A stretch of DNA of 64,000 nt from Perna viridis (Eukaryota): positions 33,228,885 to 33,292,884 of the forward strand of contig CM074513.1 of assembly GCA_037379345.1 (NCBI GenBank), given 5' to 3'. Every line of letters begins with the position of its first letter. The first letter of the stretch is position 1. Position numbers and translations under genes: made by a program. The notes under the pieces are model-generated. The model made no database searches and was not told where the DNA came from. It saw only the letters and a program-made list of their open reading frames with translations. Shown here piece after piece: positions 52,721 to 64,000 of the stretch.

Positions 52721-53154
52721 TTCTAATAGCACAATTACAGTCCATGTTTTCTATGTAAATTATAGACAAATACAATTTCAGAACTGCAATTATTTTTTCT
52801 CTATTTGGTTCAGTCTTATTGATACAGGGCATTTTAAGGAAGCGTTCTGTATATCGTTTTGGTTGATGATCAGATTTCTGTCATTTTAAGGTCAACAAAT
52901 TTCCGATGGTAGTAATGAGATATGTACATCTTGACATGGCTGATCGATTAGAATTACCTTTTGTTTGGTACTTGTATATACATGTAAAATATTGCATGTA
53001 CATGTATCGCTGAAGTTGTCGTACCATAGAAATGCATGTTACTGTTAGTGTTCAATAGTTATGATGGCCACATGAAGGGAAACTAGCCATTTCATTGATA
53101 TACTCATGGTATTCTTAATATTCCTTGCTTTATGATTGTATAAAATACACATAC

Positions 53155-53720
53155 AACAAGATTGCTACGCATTGCTATTTGTCCCCGTCGCAAAAAAAAA
53201 TGAAGTGCGGAAGTCCTATTATTCCTGTAAAATTTGTTAAATCAAACGGCAGCACAATACAGCCAATTACATATGGTGACTACCGGTAATAATCTACAAA
53301 TTTTGAACAAAATCTATTCAGCGGTTTCTAAGGAGTGGAATCCACAAAGTGTTCCTATAGGGCAGTATGAACACGTTTAACAAAGTCCCATAATTCCCGT
53401 AAAAAGGTTTCGAATCGAAATATGATCAATCGCTAATAATCTTTAAAAAAAAATTGAACAAAATCCGTTGAGCGGGTTTCCAAGGAGTTGCTATCACAAA
53501 TTTAAGTGTTTCTATTGTGTGGCACGTATAAATTGAACAGAGTCCCATACTGCTATAAAACTCGCAGCGCAATATGATTAACAATTAATATTACAATACT
53601 TGAACAAAACCCATTCAGCGGTTTTCGAGGAGTTGCGTCCACTAAGTCAAGTGTGGCGGACAGACGCACGGTCGGACACTACTATTTTTATGTTCCTTCC
53701 GTATTACGGTGGGGTAGAAA
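53155..53720 (-). mobile_element. Dispersed non-autonomous element with three internal subunits (HINE-like, opposite orientation)
   Basis: Repeated tgaacaaaat-c-ttcagcggttt-aggagttg-tccac; ggacagacgcacgg simple repeat near the end. Confidence 0.55.
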
Positions 53721-55044
53721 TAGTAACCAGGAAACTTGTACTGCAGTGTGATGTTTGGGTTAGTTGTTATCACCACTGTGATGCAGTCATTTCATGGACC
53801 TGTTAAATAGTTAACTGTGGAACCAGTCAGTAAAGTTGATTTCCGTAATCTGGAATATTTTAAACAGAATTGTCTGCTAAATAGCAGAGATTCAAGATTC
53901 AGCTGTACTGGTTGTGTTAACGTTACTAGTTGATGTAGACACCGAGTTACGATAATCGTACAAGACTGTCTTTAGCTTAGATATACCTTCCCTTAATTAA
54001 CTATTCTGTGCCCCAGTGACTTTTCTATTAATTTTTTAAAGCATTTAAAATTCTGTTACAGATGTTTCACACCTAATGATCGGAGCACTTTCGAACTTAA
54101 ACGTGTCGCCATAATTGATGGCTTCTATTATATTGTACAAAATGAGTTCTATAAAGCGCTCCATCGACCCGGAAAGCCACTCATTGACATTAGCTTGAAT
54201 GGATTAGCAGACAAGACTATGATTCTTTTAGCTTGACTGGTTTCTGTATTAGGGATAATTCTAAAACATGTCATCGCCGGTTGTTGTCATTATAAAGGCT
54301 CCTATTGATGTTAGTTACTGGCCGATTAAAACTTCTAGCCATAAGCCAGATAGTCTAAGGAAGTAGTCTGATTGGATCGGTTCTTTTATCCTATCGAGCT
54401 GACTTAACTGAAACCCATAAATATTATGACAACCAAGTCGCTATGTGGGCGTGGCATCTATACATCATCTTTCTTTCTGGCTGTTTTAATTCGCTGGCAA
54501 GACAAAAGGAATTCAAGCTGGGTTGGTAAAACAGTTTCCATTAAACCTACCTTCGTGATTTCAAGAGACTATACGGTGAATGACGAATTTGATAGTTTTA
54601 ATGAGCCCACAGATTCTTTTGTGCTCGGAACACGGATATGAATTTAAATTATTCTGATTTTGAATCGATAATTATATATTTTCGAACGGTTGCCATTGTC
54701 CAAGTACTTTAGTGGTGTCTCTATGGGAACCGGGAGGAAACATTGTTACAAAATAATATTAAGTATTGTGTAAGCTGAACTCTGTGGGAAAAAAATCATT
54801 TATATGTACATGATTAAATGCCGATGTCTGTCTGTTAGTTAACATTACTACCTTTACCCATCCCCACTTAAACTTACATTTTTTACCACGAGGTCCATTT
54901 TCCAATATGCAAAAATTATTTCATACTAAACATTAGCTCAATTTAGGGGGTATATCAGAAATGACGTGAAGGTCTTGTTGAGAGTAAACAAATTTATCTG
55001 TTTATTTGAATGTCATTTTTTTCTTTCAGAGTCAATCAAGATTT

Positions 55045-56065
55045 TGTTATGGTCATGCCCCTGGTTGGTACAGTCATCTATCTCTGTTTCTTTGTAGTAT
55101 AGTGGTCATCTACTATTGTTTTTGTGTAGTGGTGGTCAACATCTGCCTTTTTACCTTAGTGTGGTGATCATCTATTTTTGGTGCTGTTCTAGTTGTCATG
55201 TGCATTTTTCGTCTTGTACAAGACAGTATTTTGTTATCAACCATAAATTCTGTGTAAGGTGGTCATCTCTGTCGTAGTGATGCTCAACTTCCCTTATTTC
55301 TATGTAGTGGTGGTCAGCAGCCATTGCTTCTGTGTTAGGTGGTCATCTCGCGGTCTTGGTGGTGGCCAACTGCCTTCGTTCCTTTATATTGATGGTCATC
55401 TGCTATTGCTTAAATTCTGTGTGGTGGTGATTCTCGGCATTTAAATTATTTCTGTGTATAACGGTGGTTGTAATTCTTTGTTTCCATTTAGTGGTGGTCA
55501 CTCGCCTTTGTTTCTGTATAGTTCTAGTTATCTGCCTTTAGGTATACGTGGTGATGATAATCTTCTTCGTTCTTGTGCAGTTAAGGTCTCCGCCTTTATT
55601 TAGTGTGGAGGCCATCTTTCCTTCCGTTCGAATTCTTATCTGTATTTGTTTCCATGTTGCTATCATCTTCCCGCGTTTATGTGGTGATGGTCATCTGCCA
55701 TTGTTTCATATACTGGTTTTTTGTTTCTTCGATATGGCGATCATCTACATGTGTTTCTTTACAGTGGCGATCCTTTGTAGTTGTTGTTATTTGCGTTGTT
55801 TTATATATAGTGGTGCTGTTACGCCTTGTTTTGTGGTGATGGTCATGTGCATTTGTTTTATGCAGTGGTCGTAACCTGACGTTATTTTGATGAAGTGGTG
55901 GTCAGCAGCCAATTTTTCCACCTATTGGTGGTCATCGGCCAATGTTTACACCAATTGTGGTGGCCATCTACACCTCTTTGGTTACATGTAGTAATGCCTC
56001 CGTTATTATGTAGTGACCAATTGCTATTGAGGTGGTGGTTGGTGTAACGGTGGTCAACTTTCATA
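55045..56065. repeat. Ancient degenerate tandem repeat (tgtagtggtggtcatct motif about every 30-35 bp)
   Basis: Recurring gtggtggtcatct/gtggtgatcatct followed by T-rich spacers; source of the hydrophobic spurious ORFs at 55259-55874. Confidence 0.7.
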
Positions 56066-58353
56066 TTATCGTATTAGGCTACCTTATAAGCGCCACAGGA
56101 GTACTGAAATTTAACTATCTTACTTATACTGTGCTACTTAGAATTCAACTTATTATAACTCTGTGGGGTTATTTTCCGCCTAATTTTGAAAACTGTCCCT
56201 CTGTCTGATGACACCATTAATATATTTCCTATGTAGTTATGACACTTTAAACTTGACTTTTTTCACATGAACAAATTGATCTTGCTTACTTCTTTCATAT
56301 CATGTGGTTTTGATCCTCTGTGAAAAGCGATTTTTTTTGTCATAGGAGGAACGGAAATTGCCGCAAAAGAAGAGAATCCTATTATATGCAGACATGAAAA
56401 TCAAATTATAAGCTTGCATTTGTCGCTAATTCAAAATTCAGTGTTAAGCAGACATCGGAGGAAAATCGATGAGGCTATACCTAAGAATGAAGTACAACTC
56501 ATAGTTCAAATTTGTAGTTAAAGTGTGTTTCTTCTATTGCTAAAATCGATTTTAGCAGATGTAATATATTTCTAGCACTTAAGGGCTTTCTAGCATGAAC
56601 GATTTACAGCAATATTGAATTAGATGTTGATGGCGGGTTATCCAATCCTCTTATGACCATTTTCACCTCCAGCATTGGAGAGGGAAAGTGGATTGTTATG
56701 TTGACTTTTGAATCATCAATGGCTCTCGACATGATAATTACCGGAAGACTAAATACTTCAGTTGAAAATCGGGCGTCGTTCGAATTGAATAAACCAAGGA
56801 AAATCAAAAGATTTTCTTATACCTCCAAGACAACAACATGTCTTTGTTTCCTTTTGATTCCTTTGAGAATGAAAATGAAGACTAGTTTGAATGGAATAGA
56901 GATTAATCAAAATGATTTACAACCTTTCTTAGGGTATTCCGTGCGAACGACGTGCCTGGAGTTACATCGCTGAAGAATCTTTTGCACTTTGCAAAGCACG
57001 TGATACATAATCGACTGACATGTGTTAAAGCAAGACGAACATCGTGTGATGATCTTCTAAACCTGTAACTCTGATTGTCCTGATTTTCTATGTATATAAA
57101 TTTAGGGTTTTAGTCTGTCAATCAGCCACCTCTAAACGGACTAAAACATTTCTTATTGGCGAATCAAATTATCGGGAAACTCTTATATAGAAAACAAGTG
57201 ATGCAGAGCACAGGTGTTAGTATAAAGTGCCCCAGGTAACAATAAGTTTGCTTTTTGGGTCTTTATTAGGTTATTTGATCCGACTTAATGGGACGTCGTG
57301 GGTACTTAAATACAACTTATTAATTGCAAAGATGAATTCCCGCAGCTCCTAAAAAAGACAACAGAGCCAGTGCGGTTCTCCGAGCGTGACCAACCGCTTC
57401 AAGACGGATTTAAATTACTTTAATAAATCTTGAAATTTGATGAACACTGTCGCGTCTATCTGAACTAGCATATCTGTTTGACAGTATTGCAATGTAAGTG
57501 TATGTCCTGTCTTTGGCTGACACATTAACATTATGCTTTTCGTATTTTCAGGTTTGGTTGCAGAAATGAGCACGTTATGAGGTTCCATAAAAATTATGTA
57601 TATTTATCACAGTATAAATAATTGTATAATTACATCCATTTACATTGCAGGCAGTAATTGGTAATGATAGTGTCCATAACATCGCATTCTTTTGCAAACA
57701 GTAATATCTTTACATTTTACAGGACTGGATGAAAAAACTTTCAAATGTGGATGAATGGTCTTTGAACCTTTGAGTCTGTGGCTTACATTCCAACAAACCG
57801 ATCCTTACCCGCCTACATTTCATACAAAATATATTACTTACTTACTTAGATAATATTAGCATTTTGTTATTAGTAAAGTTACATTTACATGGGATGTAGG
57901 TAATATGATCGTCTTAGTATTGTTTTCTGTGAAATGACAAAGTTTTTGTTATACTTTGTGAAGATAATTGGTTTTGTATGCTATCTGATAGCAAGATGAA
58001 TTGGTGTCGATGGCTAGCGATTGATTAAACATAGAGATTCAACTGTATTATATCAGATAGTGTCCTTAATTGACAATGAAATGAGAGATTTGCATTACTT
58101 CTCATAAAATTCCCTGCAATAAATTAATTTTCCATTTCTTTAGCGGAACCGGTAGTAGACGACCCCAATGGAATTGAACTTGGCTTGTGTGATCGATTTT
58201 TTGTATATTAACTTGGCTGATTTCTCTGTAATCGAGTTTTCTTATGGCTAACTGAGGAGAAAAGATTATGGCATGGTATCACACAGGTATACATTTTTGT
58301 AATTAGTTAATAGGTTTGAACCAGTTAATTCAATACATCTACTACGTACATAC

Positions 58354-59053
58354 TTTTTAGCTAACCGGACAAAAGGTCATTGTGAGCTACTGTCACCCGT
58401 GACTAAACGTCCGTCGTAATAACTATACCTCTTTCTTCTCGGATTGTAATAGAATTTGGCCTCAAGCATCTGTACATCTGATTGTCGCTTTGGTGTTTTC
58501 GGCATTGTTTTGTACCCAGAGTTCGGTATTTAGTCTTCTTAAAGTTGTACCGACTTCTAAGTATGTGGATTGAGTGTTTAAAAAATGCCGCCGAAGCTAT
58601 TTTAAAGACATGAGGTATAGTTACAAATTCCACAAGAGATTCAGAAATACTGACACCACTTCCCATATTCCGCTTGATATGCTTTACGAAAGTTGTAAGA
58701 TAACTGCTGTAGGAGTGATTGCCCTTTATACAAATAAAATTTGACGACTTTTGATCTTTAAAAAATATATATTCTATATTTATATCTGAAAAAAAAAACG
58801 GAATACAATGGAAGAAACTTTTAATTAGTTGCATTGTCCTTATGCCGCTGAATGACCTAAATTGACGATGATTTCTTCTTTTTTCTTGCTCCTACATTGA
58901 AAACCATAACTTTAATCAATAAAATGATCCTTGGTACAAAACTTGAAAAATTTATAATGGAGTTGTTCCTCTAAAAGCCAATATCATCGCCTTTGACTTT
59001 CGGCTCAAAAACATTTCCAAGTGAGTGATTCAGACTCTGTACAATCTTTAGTT
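58354..59053 (+). mobile_element. Decayed HINE-like element
   Basis: 5' tttttagctaaccggac-aaaggtc-tgtgagcta and cgtccgtcgt; 3' caagtgagtgattcagactc...tagtt, same architecture as 45019-47024. Confidence 0.6.
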
Positions 59054-61032
59054 ATTTCTTACTGAATAAATCCTTGGCATTGTTAAAGCATTTCTTCGTG
59101 GTTCTAGTAAATACTAATTTATTTAATGTATCTTTAGATATATAAGTTGATTATGTAACACTTCCGCTACATAAATTGATATTACAGTGTCCATCAACAG
59201 AAAACTTACTAACTGCTATCCGCTGAAGGTCTATCAATCGAAGGAAAGCGTCACCCAGAGGCGGGTTATTACGATAGTGTGCATTTTCTTTTTCTTCCAT
59301 ATCTTGATTTTTCCCTTTTTCCTTGATTATATCAAAAATGAGTCAGGACAGACATAAATGAAGAATCAACGAAGCCAGAAAATATCTTTTATAAGTCGAC
59401 AATGACGATTTTTATCACGGTGATGGATAAGTTAGTAGTGTAATTCCGACAACATTTAATCGTCATCCCTATAATCAACGTCTTACAGACTTGAATCATT
59501 TACAATTACTTTTGATTAGTTTCTGGGTTGGGGTATAATTTCACTGCGAATTTAAGTTTTTTTTTGTCTGCTTTCTTCGTGGAAAGCATTATTAAGAAAA
59601 ATTAACTATGGGTTTTGTTTTGCTATTTTCAATGGTTATATTTGAAGCCCTCCGTCACGTTTAAGGCACAATTGTTCTAATATGCAATATGTATATGATA
59701 CATGATCTCCTCGAGCTCTGTCTTTAAGTTTCTATTTGTGTTTAGACCATAGGGAGACCCTCTAGTCCATTTTATGACTATCTACTAGATTAATCTTTAT
59801 TTCGATATATGGGCGCTGTTGTAGAATTTCTCGCTATGCAGGCTTAATGGAATAGGAAAGATAAGCTGGTGCTTTGTATTCCCTCTGGCGAAATGTGCCT
59901 GTCATTTCTTGATCAGGGTGAAGCCATGCGTTGATTCGTCGCTATTGGTTATTCTGTCTGCATTATCGTCGTAGCTCTACTGATCACAAATTCGTTTACA
60001 AGCCAATTGCCCTGAGCTTTACTGATAACACAAATTATCACACCATGAAGTGTTCATTAGTGATGAGACAAATTATATTATCGATCTTTTGTCATGCTTG
60101 GCTAGACCAGTCGTTGTGCGATATCCTTGCATAATACCCATGAATATTCCAACGTTGACTGAATCACAGTGGAACTTAGTATTCACATTCTCCATCATTA
60201 ACACATTTCTTAGGACGCATTTGAAGGAATCTTGTTACAATCAGAACTTAATGACCTATAACTTAGCATAAGTGAGTCAAGTAAAATTTTAGTACACGAA
60301 TTAAAATGAAATAACAATATCCAAGGAAAATGCTGCTTATATTTTAACAACTTCTTTAGATTTGATCATGAGCATTTTCGTTTTTGTTTTTTTGTTTGTA
60401 TTTTGTTTGTTTGTTTGTTTTGGTCCGACCAGCTAAGGATTGTAAGGAAAAAGATGATTATCAAAAACCATCTAGCACTAAGCCAGAACATCGCGATCTC
60501 TGAAAGTAAAACTAATTTGATTACGTGGGTGTAATTGTCAGCTGTTTTCTTGTAAAGAAAAAAAAATTGGGAAATTACTTATCAAAATATTTTCTTTGAT
60601 AATTTTGATAATTTTGATAATGCTTTAAATGCAGCTCAGAAACATTGCTAAATACTTCTGTTTAATATCACATTTAACACAAATGCATGTCAAAGGTTGT
60701 GAAACTGTTTTGCAACTTCAAATGACAAAAGAAAAACACACACACACAAATTAAACTCTGAAATTCATATATCCACAAGCTAGCATTAAGTCGTTAACAT
60801 CTTGCAGTCCAAATAAACAAACACAGTTATGAAAATAAAAGGTTCTTTTTCAAAATTTGGTAATTCGAATTCAATTTAGGGCTACTGAATATTCACATAC
60901 TTCCTAACAAAAATCTGTTCTGGTAAAGCTAGAGATTTACCTAGTATTCGGTGCGTTTCTAGAAATTCATGAAAAGCTGTTCGTGCTATAATTTGCCCAT
61001 TTTTGCCAATACTTTTACAAAACACATAAAGA

Positions 61033-61549
61033 TTGATTGATTGATTGTTGGGGTTTAACGTCCGAGCAGCAATATTTCAGCTATATTCAGACGATGAACA
61101 TGAAACGGATGATAAAATGAACATGAAATGATGATGAAATGAAAAACGGGGTGGGACGCAAAGACAGTAGGGTCGACAAATTTTGATTGCCACTAGCAAA
61201 AGGGAGGGATGGGTAAGGTCGGGCAATTTAGCCTCCTGTGGCGGAGCGCAAAGGTTCCTACTCCTATCGAATACCACAGCAGGGTTCTTTAACGTGCGAG
61301 GAACGTGGCATCTTTCCCAACACGGTGCACCACTTTGGTTTGCGGTCAGGTTTTCCGATTATAGCCTGACAACCCCAGCATAACATGCCAGGGGTACCCC
61401 ATTCCACCACCTGGGGCACACATCCCAGTTGCTCTGCGGGCAGAGCGCCTAGCCCCCGGCTAGGTTTCTGAGCACTATTTAGTCGCCTTTTACGACAAGC
61501 TTAGCGCTGCTGCAGGCCTATTCTTTTGATACCCGGACCTCCACGGGGC
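61033..61549 (-). mobile_element. SINE-like retroposon copy 4 (full length, CpG-intact)
   Basis: Perfect 15-bp TSD caaaacacataaaga at 61018-61032 and 61550-61564; minus strand starts gccccgtggaggtccggg, contains gcacgttaaagaaccc, ends in (caat)n. Confidence 0.95.
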
Positions 61550-63392
61550 CAAAACACATAAAGAGTTCCAACCCGGCCACTAGAATACATTACACTTTAA
61601 ATGTAATAACGTTTTCTATGCTTAAAAAATGATACTCCCTTTTCAGAATTTCAGTTGCTAGGTCAGACTTTTTACATGTTCCGTATTGACATCATTTTTC
61701 ACGTTCAAGTTCGAACATCCACTACAGTTATCATTGTTGTCATCTAGATAGGAAAGTAAGGACTGATTACTCTGGATAGAGAGGGACGGACCACCAGCAC
61801 CAGATGCTCTGAAACATTAATGGCTCAAAATCATTCTGTCGGAAGCGACTTATACAGTCAGGAAGTGATTGTTTGAACTTTTAACAGACGCACAGCAAAA
61901 TCCCGCATATTCCCGTTGGTCAAGACATCACTAATAAAACTACATTTATAACAATGAAGTGATAATAACAGTACAATTCTTTTTCCTAGTTCCGTCCCTC
62001 ATAGGCAATTAAATGAAAATTAAGTCCAAAAATGGATGCAAAGGGACGGGCTTTAGTCGTTTTTCATATTTACGGAATGCAAGCCATTTTAACAAGTTTT
62101 TCAAGGGGACGTAACCCACCAACACTCGACAACCTGGTTGGCGGTCTCATTTGGGAAAGGAAGAACAGTAAACATTTTTCTTTGAAACTTAAAACTATTG
62201 ACATTTTGGTAAGTAGCTAAATGGTTTGAAATTCAATATTCAAAAGCAACCAAATACTTACCGCAGCTACAATAAGTCAAATATTTGAATTTAAAGTCTC
62301 CTGCTATCCATTGCTCCGATTGGACAGTAAATCAGTTTGTCGGGTTGGAAGGTTACTTCCTCTTGCTCAAAATTAAAAACAAGTACCATCTTTGAAAAAA
62401 GGCAGCAGTAATTTTTTTCTTTTTAAGTTTCTACTTTTTTTTTCAAGAAAATTACACATGGCACGCAATTTCAAATTTTCGATTGTTTTTTGTTCGAACG
62501 CTACTAAGTTAGCAGTATTTGGCCAATCGGGAAACATAAATGCGATCAGGTGATTTGCGTTTCCATAGAAGAGCGTCCTTAAGGTCAAAGGTTAAAAAGC
62601 GAAACTATACCGAGTGCGCCGGAAAAAAACGAATTTTAAGTCAAAGTTGGGAATATGAACCCAACTTCCGCGATATTATAATAACAAGACGTCACAACAA
62701 AACGTTTGAAACGTTGAACGAAATGAAAATACTATTTGTTTTTTTTTTTTGCGGAGATGGGGTGGGCTAGGATGAATTTTAAACTCAAATTTTAAATATA
62801 ATTTTCAAGAAATCAAGAAATAAGAAGCCAGGTGAGGCCATCAGAAAAAAAGGGGGTCTTTTATTCTCCTAAAATTGCATAAAATTGTTGTGTTGTTATT
62901 TAGGAAAAAAAAAACGTCGAAGAAAAAGGCAGGACCTGTATTATCTCAAAATAAAGAAATAGAAAAGGCAGGATGGCAGAAAAGGTCGGGAATACTTCGA
63001 AATAGTGGTGATGTTAATTGCGATCGTTAACATATCGACTAGCAAACCAAAAAAAAAAAAAAAAAAAGAAAAAGAAAAAGCGAGGTTGCTTGCTCCTTTT
63101 TTTTCTTTTGAATCACAGGAACTCACATTGAATATATTGACATATACATTGCCTGAATCTATCCTGTTAAGTAATATGTTTGAAGCCGTGACAGAGTAAA
63201 ATATCTTTTTATATTTTTAAGTAAAACAATGTGGTCGGAAGGTCAGGTCTTCGACGTTGTATAGAAAATGTTAAAGGATACATGATCTTTTTTGTGACGC
63301 CTTCGTCATGCCAGTGTAAAACCTACATTCTTGTCTATTTCATTATGATAAACACGCACGTAATAATAAAACCAGGGTCATTGAGACTTTCT

Positions 63393-63428
63393 CACGTGGA
63401 CAACTTCCCGCGCTATTAGGGCGGGAAA
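63393..63428. promoter_or_regulatory. Candidate promoter motif cluster: CACGTG E-box plus inverted pair of E2F-like sites
   Basis: cacgtg 63393-63398; ttcccgc 63405-63411 and gcgggaa 63421-63427, in a CpG-containing context. Confidence 0.3.
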
Positions 63429-64000
63429 TTTTAGTATGCTACAGCATTTGTTTATGTTTTTGACTAGCGGTGAACATTCGAATTTATTAAACAAGAAAAT
63501 TAATTATTCTATAAGTTCCGAATTTCTACACACAAGCAAGTCATTGAAGCCGTTTTTTCCATAATTAAAATATAGAGAAGATTCCAATTCGTGCATATTT
63601 CAAAGAAAATTAAAAGATGGTATGTAGTGTTTATAACTGACACACACACATATATATATATATATCTTGGGTAATAACAATAATAACAATACTTTTATTT
63701 TACATCTTTTTTCTCGGGTTTATTTGTATCTTTCTCCTTGGAAAAAAAAAACAACAGAAATTGGCTATACTGTGCTGTTGTGAGCTCATGTTATCTGGTT
63801 CTGTTTTTTTTTTTTTTTATTTTTTTTATTTTTGAATATATCTATTTGAATGTTATTATTATTATTATCATTATTATTATTATTTTGTAAATTATTAGCG
63901 GCTTTATTATATAAGTTTTTATACGTTATTTAGAAAAAACTACATATTGTCGCAAATAAATACCACGTGCTTCGACACGCCCACAATTTCATTTCTACAT

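Noticed and set aside
55259-56064. Hydrophobic, membrane-protein-like ORFs
   Set aside because: Arise from a GT-rich degenerate tandem repeat.
58403-58834. 143-aa minus-strand ORF
   Set aside because: Inside a decayed HINE-like repeat; no recognisable protein features.
61350-61549. Assigning the SINE head to a known ribozyme class (HDV-like or pistol)
   Set aside because: GUCG..CGAC-UAAAUAG superficially recalls pistol P1 and CUAA recalls HDV J4/2, but the required pseudoknot partners and P1.1/P2 strands could not be placed; left unassigned.

Overview
AT-rich eukaryotic (animal) genomic DNA. The dispersed-repeat families look like those of bivalve molluscs, probably Mytilus (inference from recalled repeat sequences, not searched). 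The window holds the last eight coding exons of one + strand gene, SMG5 (nonsense-mediated decay factor, with C-terminal PIN-like domain): 546-724, 1633-1788, 41378-41437, 41842-41998, 43870-43960, 47188-47268, 49188-49342 and 50643-50710 (TGA). All junctions are GT-AG and in phase. One intron is 39.6 kb (1789-41377). The rest is non-coding: four copies of a ~510-bp SINE-like retroposon with a hairpin-rich non-tRNA head, a decayed V-type SINE, MITEs (one with a perfect 9-bp TSD), Helentron-associated (HINE-like) elements, a short non-autonomous LTR element with a tRNA-Ala-type primer binding site, and many unrelated minisatellites. One minisatellite has amplified the SMG5 exon/intron donor site itself. 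CpG is strongly depleted across the gene body and recovers abruptly at about 52.3-52.5 kb. Almost all ORFs in the supplied track are spurious. No prokaryotic-type systems (CRISPR, operons) and no tRNA or rRNA genes were seen.
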